This document shows positions 20,206 to 31,032 of a stretch of DNA of 64,000 nucleotides, piece by piece. Within the stretch, counting starts at the first letter, position 1, and each line of letters opens with the position of its first letter. The translations under genes and the position numbers were made by a program. The stretch is from Arcobacteraceae bacterium (GTDB lineage Bacteria > Campylobacterota > Campylobacteria > Campylobacterales > Arcobacteraceae), in NCBI GenBank assembly GCA_965224485.1, contig CBDCZH010000010.1:288001-352000 (forward strand). The letters are read 5' to 3'. The notes beneath the pieces were generated by a model. It did no database searches. It was given only the letters and a program-made list of their open reading frames with translations, and was not told where the DNA came from.

Positions 20206-20823
20206 TTAGATTCCTTGTAATAAGATATTCCACAAGTATTCTATCTCATCATCTTCAAAAGAAATAAGAGATTTCTCTTCAAATAATTCTTTTATTTTTT
20301 TAAGTTCAAAAACTCTACTATAAGTGCAACTTGCATGAACAGGGTGAAAAGACCTCACCAAAGAAATATCATTAATAATTTCTTTATCACATAATAAACA
20401 AATATATTCACTATGTAATCTTCCTTCAAATTCAAGAAGATTTATATAAGCCTTGCAAATAGCCCTTTTAGCATTTTGTTTTATCATTGTATGTACAAGA
20501 TTATCTAAAAGTTTTAGATAAAAGTCATCTATTTCTTCTACATCTTTTAAATGAGGATAATAAAGTTTTAAAAATCTTTGCCAAGCATATAATTTATCAT
20601 AATCAAAAATCCATGCAAAACCTAATTGAATTACTTCTTTAAGTCTTGGCATGTTTGATTTTAAATTTTTTTCTAACTCAAAATCTATTTTATAACCAAC
20701 ATTTATATTTGAATGCCTAGCTCCATAAAACCTATATGTAGTATAGATATGATTTTTTGCAAGTATAGTTACTATTAAATCATCATCTCTTACTGTTTTT
20801 ATATCAATTATATAACCTTGCAT
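20206..20823 (-). CDS. recO: RecO, Campylobacterota type
   Basis: MQGYII, YRFYGARHS, FEGRLH, CLLC zinc motif. Confidence 0.85.
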   Translation of the reverse strand: MQGYIIDIKTVRDDDLIVTILAKNHIYTTYRFYGARHSNINVGYKIDFELEKNLKSNMPRLKEVIQLGFAWIFDYDKLYAWQRFLKLYYPHLKDVEEIDDFYLKLLDNLVHTMIKQNAKRAICKAYINLLEFEGRLHSEYICLLCDKEIINDISLVRSFHPVHASCTYSRVFELKKIKELFEEKSLISFEDDEIEYLWNILLQGI

Positions 20824-21075
20824 TTACTCTTGTTTCATATCTTTTAAATCTTGGGTAATTTCTTCACACTCTTCATCACTTATTTCATCATTTTTTATTT
20901 CATCTAAAATTGCTAAAAAATCTGATTTCATTTCTTGAATTTCTGTTAGTTCTTCTTTTATTTCAGGTGTATCTTTTTTTGAAGCAATTACTTCAAATAA
21001 GTCATCAATATATTCTTTTATTTCTGGTAAAATTTCTTTTTCTAAAAGTTCTTGTAATTCTTTTTGTTTGCTCAT
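20824..21075 (-). CDS. small acidic helical hypothetical protein (paralogue 1)
   Basis: 83 aa ORF with RBS; similar to 31514-31780 and 31974-32240. Confidence 0.75.
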   Translation of the reverse strand: MSKQKELQELLEKEILPEIKEYIDDLFEVIASKKDTPEIKEELTEIQEMKSDFLAILDEIKNDEISDEECEEITQDLKDMKQE

Positions 21076-21203
21076 TTTTTTTCCTAAGATTGTTTCATAT
21101 ATAATTTACTCATATTAAAAAATATTATAACAAATTTATTATGCAAGATTGCTTCATAATATTCTTTATGATACAATTATTGTTAATTAAAGAAAGGTAT
21201 TTA

Positions 21204-21512
21204 ATGGAATTTAAAAATGTTAACATTGCAAAAGAAGCAAGTATTTTTTATGATGGTAAAGTTACAAGTAGAAGTTTAAAATTTGATGATGGTAGTACAA
21301 AAACTTTAGGAATTATGTTACCAGGAGAGTATGAATTTAATACAATTCATGAAGAAGTTATGGATATCCAATCTGGTGAACTTGAAGTTATGTTACCAGC
21401 TCAAGAGTGGAAAAAAATTGTTGCTCCTCAAACGTTTAATATTCCTGCAAATTCTAAGTTTAAATTAAAAGTTCATAGTATTACTGATTATTGCTGCTCT
21501 TTTCTTAAATAA
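21204..21512 (+). CDS. ppnP: pyrimidine/purine nucleoside phosphorylase (DUF1255)
   Basis: YDGKVTSR, TLGIMLPGEYEF, DYCC; start 21204 after AAGG. Confidence 0.85.
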   Translation: MEFKNVNIAKEASIFYDGKVTSRSLKFDDGSTKTLGIMLPGEYEFNTIHEEVMDIQSGELEVMLPAQEWKKIVAPQTFNIPANSKFKLKVHSITDYCCSFLK

Positions 21513-21542
21513 TATAAATCTTAAAGCTATTTAAAAATCATA

Positions 21543-21576
21543 AAAAAAGGCAAGATATTTAAATCTTGCCTTTTTT
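21543..21576. terminator. bidirectional intrinsic terminator
   Basis: AAAAAAGGCAAGAT / ATCTTGCCTTTTTT. Confidence 0.8.
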
Positions 21577-21593
21577 GCTATATAATTATTTTA

Positions 21594-21977
21594 TTATGAA
21601 ACACTTACAGTAACAGGAGTTGATTCCCAAATACCATGTTTAGTACAGTACCCATGAGCTACTAAATTTAACTTTTTACTTGTTGGAATAATAGTAAACG
21701 TAGTTGTATTATGAGCTTTAACATTACCTAATGTTCCTGGAACATAAGAAGCTTTTGCTAATTGAGTTTCACCATTAAAAAGTGTAACTGATTCAATAAA
21801 ATGATCAAAATCATCTGGATGAGTATATTCATTACCCATTTTTACTGTTACTTCAAATGGTTCTCCAGCAACTGCTGTATCATTACAATGAATAAATGGA
21901 CTATGTCTATCAATTAAATCTTTTTTAGCTTCTCTTTCAACTGTATCTATATCAACATATTTGTTAATTTTTGGCAT
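21594..21977 (-). CDS. desulfoferrodoxin / class II SORL domain protein
   Basis: RHSP, HPDDFDHFI, YCTKHGIW. Confidence 0.82.
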   Translation of the reverse strand: MPKINKYVDIDTVEREAKKDLIDRHSPFIHCNDTAVAGEPFEVTVKMGNEYTHPDDFDHFIESVTLFNGETQLAKASYVPGTLGNVKAHNTTTFTIIPTSKKLNLVAHGYCTKHGIWESTPVTVSVS

Positions 21978-22133
21978 TTCTTATCTCCTGAAATTTTGTT
22001 TGAAATTCATTATGAATTTTCGTAAGTATAGTATACAATAATTATTTTAAAGTATTAAGGATAAAATTTATCCTAAATACTTTTTTTAAGAAAATTATCA
22101 GATTTATGAAGTGAGATTATGTTAATATCGAAT

Positions 22134-22961
22134 ATGAATAAAGAAGATTATTTTATAAAACAATTTATAAATAAAAAAGATAAAATCATTGGCGATGATG
22201 GTGCTGTTATAGGTTCAAGTATTTATAGTGTTGATGCTTTTTGTGAAGATGTTCATTTTAAAAGATCGTGGATGAGTCTAGAACAAATTGGACAAAAAGC
22301 AATGCTTGTGAATATTTCAGATGTTATAGTTATGAATGCAATTCCTTTGTATGCACTTTTAAGCATAGCAATACCAAAAAAGTTTACAAAAAAAGATTTA
22401 AAAGATTTAGCTAGTGGTTTAAAAAAAGTAGCAAAAGAGTTTAATATTAAAATAATTGGTGGAGATACCATTTGTAATGATAAACTAGATATTTCTATTA
22501 CTATTATTTCAAAAAGTACTAAACCAGTTTTACGAAGTGGAAGTAAAAAAGGTGACTTGATTTGCCATACAGGTGAATTAGGAAGCTGTAAAAAAGATTT
22601 AGAACTTTTATTAAATAATAAAAAAATATCTAAAAAATCAAAGTTTATAAAACCAGAATTGAAAGCTTCTTTTTTTTATGAAATAGCACCATATATAAAC
22701 TCGGCTTTAGATATTTCAGATGGTCTCTTCTTTGAATTACAGAGATTATCTAAAATAAATAAAATCTCTTTTGAATTTTTTAAAGAAATTAAAAAAGATA
22801 TAGGTTGTTCAGGAGAAGAGTATGAAATACTTTTTACTTTTCCTTTGAAAAATAAAAAAATTATAAAAAAAATAGCAAAAGAACATAAAATAAAATTAAA
22901 TATATTTGCAAAAGCTATTAAAGGCAAGTATAAATGTGAATGTAAGGGACACCATTTTTAA
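22134..22961 (+). CDS. thiL: thiamine-monophosphate kinase
   Basis: IGDDGA, NISD..MNA, GGDT, DISDGL, GEEYE; start probably 22134. Confidence 0.9.
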   Translation: MNKEDYFIKQFINKKDKIIGDDGAVIGSSIYSVDAFCEDVHFKRSWMSLEQIGQKAMLVNISDVIVMNAIPLYALLSIAIPKKFTKKDLKDLASGLKKVAKEFNIKIIGGDTICNDKLDISITIISKSTKPVLRSGSKKGDLICHTGELGSCKKDLELLLNNKKISKKSKFIKPELKASFFYEIAPYINSALDISDGLFFELQRLSKINKISFEFFKEIKKDIGCSGEEYEILFTFPLKNKKIIKKIAKEHKIKLNIFAKAIKGKYKCECKGHHF

Positions 22962-24022
22962 TGACAAAACAGTATTATTTAAACCATAATAAAATAGACG
23001 TATTATTTAAACAAAACAAAGACGATTTCTGTGTAACAGAGGTTCCATTATATGAGTTTTCAGGTGAGGGCGAGCATATAGTAATAAAGTTTAGAAAAAA
23101 AGACTTAGCAACTTGGGATGCTTTACAAATTTTTGCAAATTTTCTAGGTATAAAACAAAGAGATATAGGTTATGCTGGCTTAAAAGATAAAAATGCAATG
23201 ACAGTTCAAAGTATTTCTATTCATAAAAAACATGAAGAAAAACTAAAAGAATTTACGCATTCAAATATTAAAATTTTAGAAACTTCAAGACATAATAATA
23301 AGATTAAAATAGGGCATTTAAAAGGAAATAAGTTTTTTATTAGACTTAAAAGAGTAACTCCAATAGAAGCTAGTAAAATATTGCAAGTATTAAGTACCAT
23401 CATTAAAGATGGAATGCCAAATTATTTTGGTTTTCAAAGATTTGGTATTGATGGTGATAATTATAAAAAAGGTCAAGCAATAATTGAAGGTACTCTAAAA
23501 GAGAAAAGAAGAAACCTTAATCAGATGTATATCAATGCTTATCAAAGCTTTTTATTTAATACTTGGTTATCAAAAAGAATTGAAATATCAAAATTAGTTT
23601 GTGCTTTTGATGCAAAAGATATTTATGAAAAACTTGATTTGCCATTAGATATTGTAAAAGATATGAAGAAACAAAAACACCCTTTTAAACTATTGCCTGG
23701 GGATTTAATGAGTCATTATCCTTTTGGTAGAATATTTCATGTTGAAAAATTATTAGAAGAGGCAGAAAAATTTAATAACAAAGATAGAGTTGCTACTGGT
23801 TTATTAAGTGGTAAAAGAGTTAAACGTTCTATTGACTTAGCTTATACTTTAGAACAAGAGTTTGACTTACCTACTGGAGAAGATGGTGCTAGAAGGTTTT
23901 CATGGATTTTCCCTTCAGAAGTTGAAAGTAATTATAAAGAAGATAAGAATTGGTTGGAGTTGAATTTTTTCTTACCAAAAGGTTCTTATGCTACAGAACT
24001 AATTTCTGAATTAATTCATTAA
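22961..24022 (+). CDS. truD: tRNA pseudouridine(13) synthase
   Basis: GYAGLKDK, PNYFGFQRFG, LPKGSYAT. Confidence 0.94.
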   Translation: MTKQYYLNHNKIDVLFKQNKDDFCVTEVPLYEFSGEGEHIVIKFRKKDLATWDALQIFANFLGIKQRDIGYAGLKDKNAMTVQSISIHKKHEEKLKEFTHSNIKILETSRHNNKIKIGHLKGNKFFIRLKRVTPIEASKILQVLSTIIKDGMPNYFGFQRFGIDGDNYKKGQAIIEGTLKEKRRNLNQMYINAYQSFLFNTWLSKRIEISKLVCAFDAKDIYEKLDLPLDIVKDMKKQKHPFKLLPGDLMSHYPFGRIFHVEKLLEEAEKFNNKDRVATGLLSGKRVKRSIDLAYTLEQEFDLPTGEDGARRFSWIFPSEVESNYKEDKNWLELNFFLPKGSYATELISELIH

Positions 24023-24095
24023 AATATATAAATAATCAATTATTTTATATATTTTAAGGAAAATTGAGTTAAAATTTTTAATGAAAGGTTTAAAT

Positions 24096-24452
24096 ATGAA
24101 ACATGAAGAACTTATTACGCAATTATGTGAAGTTATTAAAGAGTCTGAACTTAATGCTGTTGAAATTTATGACAAACTAGAAGGTATTACTTCAATAGTT
24201 GAGTCATTAAACTTACCAATGCATGAAAGTAAAAAGATTAAAAATCTTATTTCAGATTCTATGGGTTTAATTCAACATCAAGATTTACATAGACAAAAAA
24301 TTGAGAGAGTTGTTAACGCTGTTTGTGAAACAAATAATATAGACTCAAGCAAGTATAATCTAGCTTCCTCTGCTAAACATATAAGTGGTGATAATAATAG
24401 TGATATTTTATCAGCTTCTGAGTTAGAAGCGTTAATTAGTGAATATAACTAA
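24096..24452 (+). CDS. short CheZ-like phosphatase (epsilonproteobacterial type)
   Basis: QHQDLHRQKIERV carries the CheZ DxxxQ motif; short C-terminal amphipathic helix. Confidence 0.65.
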   Translation: MKHEELITQLCEVIKESELNAVEIYDKLEGITSIVESLNLPMHESKKIKNLISDSMGLIQHQDLHRQKIERVVNAVCETNNIDSSKYNLASSAKHISGDNNSDILSASELEALISEYN

Positions 24453-24505
24453 AGAATATAGTTTAGGTTTTTTAAATAGGTTTAGCTCTTAACTAAACCT
24501 ACGAT

Positions 24506-26692
24506 TTATTTTTTACAGACATCTTTCTTTAGATGATTCAATGCCCCAAATATTCTTAATGATTCAATTTCAACAGCTTTAGCATTTTGATTTAAAATAT
24601 CATTAGAATCTTTGTTTGCATTATTTTGAATTAAAGTATCAAGTTTCTCTTGTAAACTTTTACTTAATCCTTGTAATGTTTCCAACGAATCATAAGATGC
24701 ATCTGGATTTTCTCTCATATAATTATTAAGCCATTTATCTAAAACATCTTTATTTTCTAAAGAAACATTTTGGAAGCTTCCTAATTTAGAATAAGCATTA
24801 TCTTTTAAAACTAAAATATCAACTTTTAATTTTGCTGTATCGTAAACTAATTCTACATTACAAACAGTATCTCTAGCTTCTTCTAAGAAAGATGCTCTTG
24901 AAGCTGCTGTTACTAAAGATGTTGATATTGATGAAATCTCTGCTGACATTGAAGAAATATCTTCTGCGACACTTGCATTCTTTTGTGTTGCTTGATCAAG
25001 TAAAGTTACAGCATCATTAATTTGTAAAATTCCTGTTTCTTGTTCTTTTGAAGCTATTTCAACTTGTTCAATCATTTGAATAGTTTCAGAGATATTTTGG
25101 TTTAAGTCAAGATATCCTTTTATCATTTTCCCAGAAATATCTTTTCCTTGATGTGCTTTTTGAGTTGCTATTTCTACTATATCTTTTATCTCTTTAGCAG
25201 CTTCAGCAGATCTACTTGCAAGATTTCTTACTTCTTGGGCAACTACTGCAAAACCTTTTCCAGCTTCACCAGCTGTTGCTGCTTCAACTGCTGCATTTAA
25301 AGATAAAATATTTGTTTGGAAAGCAATTTGATCAATTACTTCAATTGCTTCATTAATAGATGAAACTTTTTCATTTATATCATCCATAGATTTAGCAGTT
25401 TGATTTGCTAATTCTTCTCCTGTATTAGCAGATGCAGTTACATCTTTTGCTAATTTGGCCATTTTCATAGCTGATTGAGTATTTCCTTGAATATTTGCAG
25501 TTATTTGCTCTAATGCAGCTGCTGTTTCTTCTAATGAGGCTGCTTGTTTATTTGATGAAGCAGATAAATCAGCTGCTGCATTTGATAATGTTTTCGTATT
25601 ATGATTTAAAGAATCACCTGTATTCATAATCATTGCTAAAATTTCAGAAGTATTATTTCCAACAAGTTTAATTCCAGCTGCAAGTGAACCTAGATCTCCA
25701 TAAATTCCTCTATCATTAATCTTATAATCAAATTTTGATTCAGAATATTCTCTTAGTGTTACATTTATCTTATCTAAGGTATCTTTTGTTCTTATAATCA
25801 TAGTATTTAATTTATTTTTTAAATCTTCTACATAAGGATTATTCGCTTTTGCTTCTACATTATAAACAAAGAAACCATTTCCTGTTTTTTCTAAAACATC
25901 ATTTGCTTCTTCTATTACTGCTTCATCTTGTTTTAAACCAGCTCTTACTTTATCCATATATTCATTGAATAAATCAGCAACTTCTCCAACTTCATCTTTT
26001 GAATCAACGTGAAGTTTTATATCTTTATCATCTGAATTTAATAAATCATTAAAACCTTGTTTTAATGTTGATATGTTTGAAGTAGCTTTTTTAACTATTA
26101 TAAATACTAAGAAAATTGTAAGCCAACCTAAAATAGTTGACATAATTAAAATATATTTTGCCATTGCTGATATACGGTTATCACTTTGTTCCAAAGAAAA
26201 AGTTAAATCCATTATTCCAATAACATCACCTTCACTTTGATTAGCATGACACATTAAACACTCAGCTTTTGCAATCATTGGTTTAATCATTCTTAATGCA
26301 TGGGTATCACTTGTGTTAATTTCAATGATTTTCTCTTTTTTAGTTTTAAAAGAGTTTAAAATATCTTTATTTGTGCTTGTTTTCTCACCTGGAGAATACA
26401 TATCTATAAGAGGTTGAGACTTTGCAATAATTAAAGATTTTACACCTTTAATATCCCTAGCTTCTTCTTCTGCATCTTCGATCACTTTAGGATCACCTGA
26501 ATTCATTGCATGTCTTAAACTTTGGAATACTGCCGTGTTTAACATCTCTAAATTGTTTTTTGTTGCTATTAATGAGTCTTCTTCTACACTTTTTGTTGTT
26601 AAAAAAAGTATAGTTAATGAACTAATAGTCATAAGAATAAAAAGTGAAAATATTATCTTGTTACTAATTTTTTTTGTAATAAATCTTACCAT
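24506..26692 (-). CDS. methyl-accepting chemotaxis protein with periplasmic CxxCH heme-c sensor
   Basis: CLMCH between two TMs; [35 protein letters not shown]. Confidence 0.92.
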   Translation of the reverse strand: MVRFITKKISNKIIFSLFILMTISSLTILFLTTKSVEEDSLIATKNNLEMLNTAVFQSLRHAMNSGDPKVIEDAEEEARDIKGVKSLIIAKSQPLIDMYSPGEKTSTNKDILNSFKTKKEKIIEINTSDTHALRMIKPMIAKAECLMCHANQSEGDVIGIMDLTFSLEQSDNRISAMAKYILIMSTILGWLTIFLVFIIVKKATSNISTLKQGFNDLLNSDDKDIKLHVDSKDEVGEVADLFNEYMDKVRAGLKQDEAVIEEANDVLEKTGNGFFVYNVEAKANNPYVEDLKNKLNTMIIRTKDTLDKINVTLREYSESKFDYKINDRGIYGDLGSLAAGIKLVGNNTSEILAMIMNTGDSLNHNTKTLSNAAADLSASSNKQAASLEETAAALEQITANIQGNTQSAMKMAKLAKDVTASANTGEELANQTAKSMDDINEKVSSINEAIEVIDQIAFQTNILSLNAAVEAATAGEAGKGFAVVAQEVRNLASRSAEAAKEIKDIVEIATQKAHQGKDISGKMIKGYLDLNQNISETIQMIEQVEIASKEQETGILQINDAVTLLDQATQKNASVAEDISSMSAEISSISTSLVTAASRASFLEEARDTVCNVELVYDTAKLKVDILVLKDNAYSKLGSFQNVSLENKDVLDKWLNNYMRENPDASYDSLETLQGLSKSLQEKLDTLIQNNANKDSNDILNQNAKAVEIESLRIFGALNHLKKDVCKK

Positions 26693-26777
26693 AAATACTG
26701 CCTTGGATTTAAGTTGAATTATTATATACTTATAATTATTTATAATATATTAAACACAAGGTAAAAAGAATAAAATA

Positions 26778-27338
26778 ATGATTATTGGCATAGAAGGCGA
26801 GATATTAAAAAAAGAACCTACAAGTCTACATATAAAGACTACAGGTCTAGTTTACGAGGTTAGTGTTTCTCTTAATTGTAGTGCTAAAATCACGAAAAAT
26901 AATGTTTACCTTTTTACTACTTATATTATACGAGAAGATTCACAAGCCTTATATGGTTTCTTAGATATTAACGAAAAAAAACTTTTCGATACAGTTATAA
27001 AGATAAATGGTGTAGGACCAAAAGTAGCCCTTGCAATTTGTTCAACATTTACTCCCCTTTCATTTTCAAACATAGTAAGTTCCCATGATGTAAGTATGCT
27101 AAAAAGAGTACCTGGTATTGGCCCTAAAGGTGCTAGTCGTATTTTGGTTGAACTTTCTGGTTTTGTTATTGACTCAACACAAGAAGAGAATAGTAACAGT
27201 GCTAGTATTTTAGAAGCTACTTTAGCTTTAGAATCATTAGGTTTCAAAAAAGATGTTCTGATTAAAACTTTAGCCTCTTGTAGTGCTACAGATACAAGTG
27301 AACTTGTACGCCAAGCACTTAAAAAATTACAAAAATAA
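26778..27338 (+). CDS. ruvA: Holliday junction branch migration protein
   Basis: [32 protein letters not shown]. Confidence 0.94.
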   Translation: MIIGIEGEILKKEPTSLHIKTTGLVYEVSVSLNCSAKITKNNVYLFTTYIIREDSQALYGFLDINEKKLFDTVIKINGVGPKVALAICSTFTPLSFSNIVSSHDVSMLKRVPGIGPKGASRILVELSGFVIDSTQEENSNSASILEATLALESLGFKKDVLIKTLASCSATDTSELVRQALKKLQK

Positions 27339-27347
27339 GGAAATAAT

Positions 27348-28382
27348 TTGAAAATAGGTATTGTTTTTGGGGGTGTTTCTTATGAACACGAAATTTCAAT
27401 AATATCAGCTATTGCTATGAATGATGTTATTAAAGAAGAGTTAGTTTATATTTTTTGTGATGAAAACAGAGATTTCTACCATATTGCAAATTCTTCTATG
27501 AAAGCAAAACTTTTTTCAAGTGGAGATTATAAAAAATGTGATCTCTTAACTTTAAAAAAAGAAACTTTTGTAAAAAAAACTATGTTTAAAGAAAAAAATT
27601 TAGACTTAGATTTACTTTTAAATCTAGCTCATGGAGCTGATGGAGAAGATGGATTATTTTCTTCTTTATTTGAGTTTTACAATATTCCTTATATAGGTCC
27701 AAGAAAAGAGGCTTGTTCTGTTAGTTTTAATAAGTTTTTAACAAAAGGTTATGCTCTGTCTTTAGGTGTTAAAACTATAGATTATAAGTATTATACAAAA
27801 AATAATGAAGTTAAAACAGAAGACTTTCCTTTAATTGTAAAACCTGTTACTTTAGGTTCTTCTATTGGAGTATCTATTGTTAAAACTCAAGCTGAACTCT
27901 CTTATGCTTTAGATGTGGCTTATGAGTTTGATAATGCTTTAATTACAGAACCTTTTATAAGTGGAGTTAAAGAGTATAACTTAGCAGGAACTAAAATAAA
28001 TGGTAAGTTTGTATTATCTTTTATAGAAGAACCACAAAAAGCTGAATTTTTAGATTTTGATAAAAAGTACTTAGATTTTGCAAGAACTTCAACAGCTTTA
28101 AAAGCTGATATTTCTAAATCTTTAGAAGAAAAATTAAAAGAAACTTTTAAAACTATTTATAATACTTTATTTGAAGGTTCACTTATAAGATGTGATTTTT
28201 TTGTTATTAATGGTGAAGTTTATTTAAATGAAATAAATCCAATCCCTGGTTCTATGTCGAACTATTTATTTGAAGATTTTAATGAAGTTATTACTTCCTT
28301 AGCTTCAAACTTACCAAAAAAGAAAAAAATCAATATAACATATGAGTATGTAAATAAAATCAATGCTGCTAAGGGTAAATAA
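27348..28382 (+). CDS. ddl: D-alanine--D-alanine ligase
   Basis: FGGVSYEHEISI, HGADGEDG, GSSIG, NEINPIPG. Confidence 0.93.
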   Translation: MKIGIVFGGVSYEHEISIISAIAMNDVIKEELVYIFCDENRDFYHIANSSMKAKLFSSGDYKKCDLLTLKKETFVKKTMFKEKNLDLDLLLNLAHGADGEDGLFSSLFEFYNIPYIGPRKEACSVSFNKFLTKGYALSLGVKTIDYKYYTKNNEVKTEDFPLIVKPVTLGSSIGVSIVKTQAELSYALDVAYEFDNALITEPFISGVKEYNLAGTKINGKFVLSFIEEPQKAEFLDFDKKYLDFARTSTALKADISKSLEEKLKETFKTIYNTLFEGSLIRCDFFVINGEVYLNEINPIPGSMSNYLFEDFNEVITSLASNLPKKKKINITYEYVNKINAAKGK

Positions 28383-29102
28383 TTGGCTTTAAAATCTTTT
28401 ACTCTTGATGATAAAACTTTTGATATTTCTTATGAAGTTATAAATAAAGAAGCTTCTAGGGATTTGATTATTTTACATGGTTGGGGAGTTAATAAAGAGA
28501 TTATGAAAAATATTTTCTCTTCTACTTTAAAAGATTATCGACATATTTATATTGACCTTCCTGGTTTTGGTAAGTCTTCAAATGCTTATGTTTTAGATGT
28601 ATATCTTTATACCAAAATAATAAATGAATTCTTGCGTCTTTGTTCATTTTCAAAGTTTGCAATTATAGGACACTCTTATGGTGGAAAAGTAGCAACTCTG
28701 CTAAAACCAGAGAATTTAATTCTTTTAAGTTCAGCTGGAATTATAGAAGAAAAATCACTTAAGATTAAACTTAAAATTAAACTTTCAAAAGTATTTTCTT
28801 TTTTAGGTTTAAAGAAACTAACAAAATTTTTTAGAAGTGCTGATGTATATACTATGAGTGAAAATATGTATGCTACTTTTAAAAATGCTCTTGCTGAAAA
28901 CTTAGAAGAAGATTTTAGATCTTATAGTGGAAAAGCTTTGATTTTTTGGGGTAAAGCTGATACTGCAACATCTTTATCTTCTGGAAAAAAAATAGCAAGT
29001 TTAATAAAAAATTCATCTTTTAAAGCTTACGAGGGAGATCATTTCTTTTTTGCCCAGCATAAAAACGATATTGAAAAAGAGATAAAAAATGCAATACTTT
29101 AG
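28383..29102 (+). CDS. alpha/beta hydrolase
   Basis: LHGWG, DLPGFG, GHSYGG. Confidence 0.88.
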   Translation: MALKSFTLDDKTFDISYEVINKEASRDLIILHGWGVNKEIMKNIFSSTLKDYRHIYIDLPGFGKSSNAYVLDVYLYTKIINEFLRLCSFSKFAIIGHSYGGKVATLLKPENLILLSSAGIIEEKSLKIKLKIKLSKVFSFLGLKKLTKFFRSADVYTMSENMYATFKNALAENLEEDFRSYSGKALIFWGKADTATSLSSGKKIASLIKNSSFKAYEGDHFFFAQHKNDIEKEIKNAIL

Positions 29103-30534
29103 TATATTTACAACAATTTTATTAATTATAAGTTTAGCTTGGTATTTAATTACTAACTTACAATGGTACTCGTATAAAATAGAGAGAGTAATTTTTAAAC
29201 ATCATAAACTTCACTGGCATCTTACTTACTTTGTAATGCCTTTTGTTCTTTATTATCTTTTACCAGCCCTTTATTTCTTAGTATATTTTTATGCCCTTTA
29301 TCTTCCTTTATTGATTTTGTGGAATATGAAACTTGATAAAAAGCTTGTTATTACTTCAAGAGTAAAAAGATTTTTAGCCCTTATCGTATTTTTAGCCCTT
29401 AGTATAAATGTATTATGTTTTCTTAGCTCTTCTTGTTTTAAAGCAGGAATATTTCTTCCTTTATTATTAGCTTATTTAATCTCTTTTGCCCTAGAGCGAA
29501 TATTTTTTATCTCTTTTAAACATAAGGCTAAAAAGATATTGCAAGACTTAAAAGCTAAAAAATCACTGCAAGTTGTTGCAATTACTGCCTCTTATGGAAA
29601 AACATCAATTAAAAACTATTTATACCAAGTTCTAAAAAGAAAATTTATAACATATAAAACACCAAGATCAGTTAATACAATTGCTGGAATTGTTTTAGAT
29701 GTAAATAATGACTTACCTTCTGATACGCAAGTTTATATAGCAGAAGCAGGGGCTAGGGTTATTGGAGATATTGAAGAAATAACACTTTTTTTAGAACAAG
29801 AATACTCTATCTTAGGTTCAGTTGGTGAACAGCATTTAGAATATTTCAAAACACTTGATAATATTATAAATACAAAAATGGAAATTTTAAAATCGCCTAA
29901 AATGAAAAAAGCCTTTGTTCATGATAGTGTTCCTATTTTAAAATATGATAAGGTTGAAAAATTTCCAAATAATTTAAATATTACAAAATCAAACTTAGAT
30001 GGTTTATGGTTTGATATAGAAATAGATTCTAAGCAAGAACATTTTCATGCACCAATTTTAGGAAGCTTTAATGCTATTAATTTAACAGCTGTTATTTTAA
30101 TGGCATATGAATTAGGTATGAGCATAGAAGAGATTAAAATATCTCTTGATAATATTGAAGCAGTTGAGCATAGACTTCAAAAAATTATAGCAGGTGGAAA
30201 AGTTATAATTGATGATAGTTTTAATGGAAACCTTGAAGGTATGCTTGAAGCTGTAAATATTTGCTCAACGTATGAAGGAAGAAAAATAATTGTAACACCA
30301 GGTTTAGTTGAATCAAATGATCAATCAAATATCTTATTAGCCAAAGAAATAAATAAAAACTTTGATTTAGTAATTTTAACAGGTTCTTTAAATACAAAAC
30401 TTCTAAGTCAAAATATAGATGAAAATAAAATCCATCTGTTAAAAGACAAATCAAAAATGCAAGAAAGCTTACTTGAACATACCAGAATAGGGGATTTGAT
30501 TTTATTTGCTAATGACGCTCCTAATTTTATTTAG
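29089..30534 (+). CDS. murF: Mur ligase, MurF-type with N-terminal membrane domain
   Basis: ITASYGKTS, IDDSFNGN, TPGLVE; ddl-hydrolase-murF order. Confidence 0.82.
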   Translation: MQYFSIFTTILLIISLAWYLITNLQWYSYKIERVIFKHHKLHWHLTYFVMPFVLYYLLPALYFLVYFYALYLPLLILWNMKLDKKLVITSRVKRFLALIVFLALSINVLCFLSSSCFKAGIFLPLLLAYLISFALERIFFISFKHKAKKILQDLKAKKSLQVVAITASYGKTSIKNYLYQVLKRKFITYKTPRSVNTIAGIVLDVNNDLPSDTQVYIAEAGARVIGDIEEITLFLEQEYSILGSVGEQHLEYFKTLDNIINTKMEILKSPKMKKAFVHDSVPILKYDKVEKFPNNLNITKSNLDGLWFDIEIDSKQEHFHAPILGSFNAINLTAVILMAYELGMSIEEIKISLDNIEAVEHRLQKIIAGGKVIIDDSFNGNLEGMLEAVNICSTYEGRKIIVTPGLVESNDQSNILLAKEINKNFDLVILTGSLNTKLLSQNIDENKIHLLKDKSKMQESLLEHTRIGDLILFANDAPNFI

Positions 30535-30606
30535 AGCTTTGCTCTAAATAAAATTAAATGAAAAACTAAAAGTGAAGAGTGAAAAATTTAAGAAAAAGGA
30601 GTTTTT

Positions 30607-30960
30607 TTGAATGTTTTAGCTGATAAGTCTTACTCTTTTGCTTTACGAATTATTAATCTTTCTCGTTATTTGCAAAATGATAAAAAAAAGTTTATTCTTT
30701 CTAAACAAGTCCTTCGTTCTGGTACGGCTATTGGTGCTTTAGTAGCTGAATCTGAATTTGCTCAAAGTAAGGCTGATTTTATTTCTAAGTTGCATATATC
30801 AATTAAAGAAGCTAGTGAAACAAGATATTGGCTAAGATTATTAAAAGATTCAAGTTATATAAGTGAAAAAATGTATAATAGTTTAAATCCTGAATTAATA
30901 GAGTTATTGAAATTATTAACTTCAAGTATAAAAACATCAAAGGAAAATAATGGCAAGTAA
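30607..30960 (+). CDS. four helix bundle protein
   Basis: KSYSFALRI, KQVLRSGTAIGA, AQSKADFISKL, KEASETRYWL; TTG start after AAGGAG. Confidence 0.9.
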   Translation: MNVLADKSYSFALRIINLSRYLQNDKKKFILSKQVLRSGTAIGALVAESEFAQSKADFISKLHISIKEASETRYWLRLLKDSSYISEKMYNSLNPELIELLKLLTSSIKTSKENNGK

Positions 30961-30963
30961 AAA

Positions 30964-30991
30964 TTATTCATTATTCATTATTCATTATTCA
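30964..30991. repeat. (TTATTCA)x4 perfect heptamer repeat
   Basis: read directly; inverted relative to TGAAAAA/TGAAGAG units at 30559-30586. Confidence 0.93.
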
Positions 30992-31032
30992 TTTAAAGAT
31001 GTAAATTCATATTTTTCCAAAGGAAAAATATA

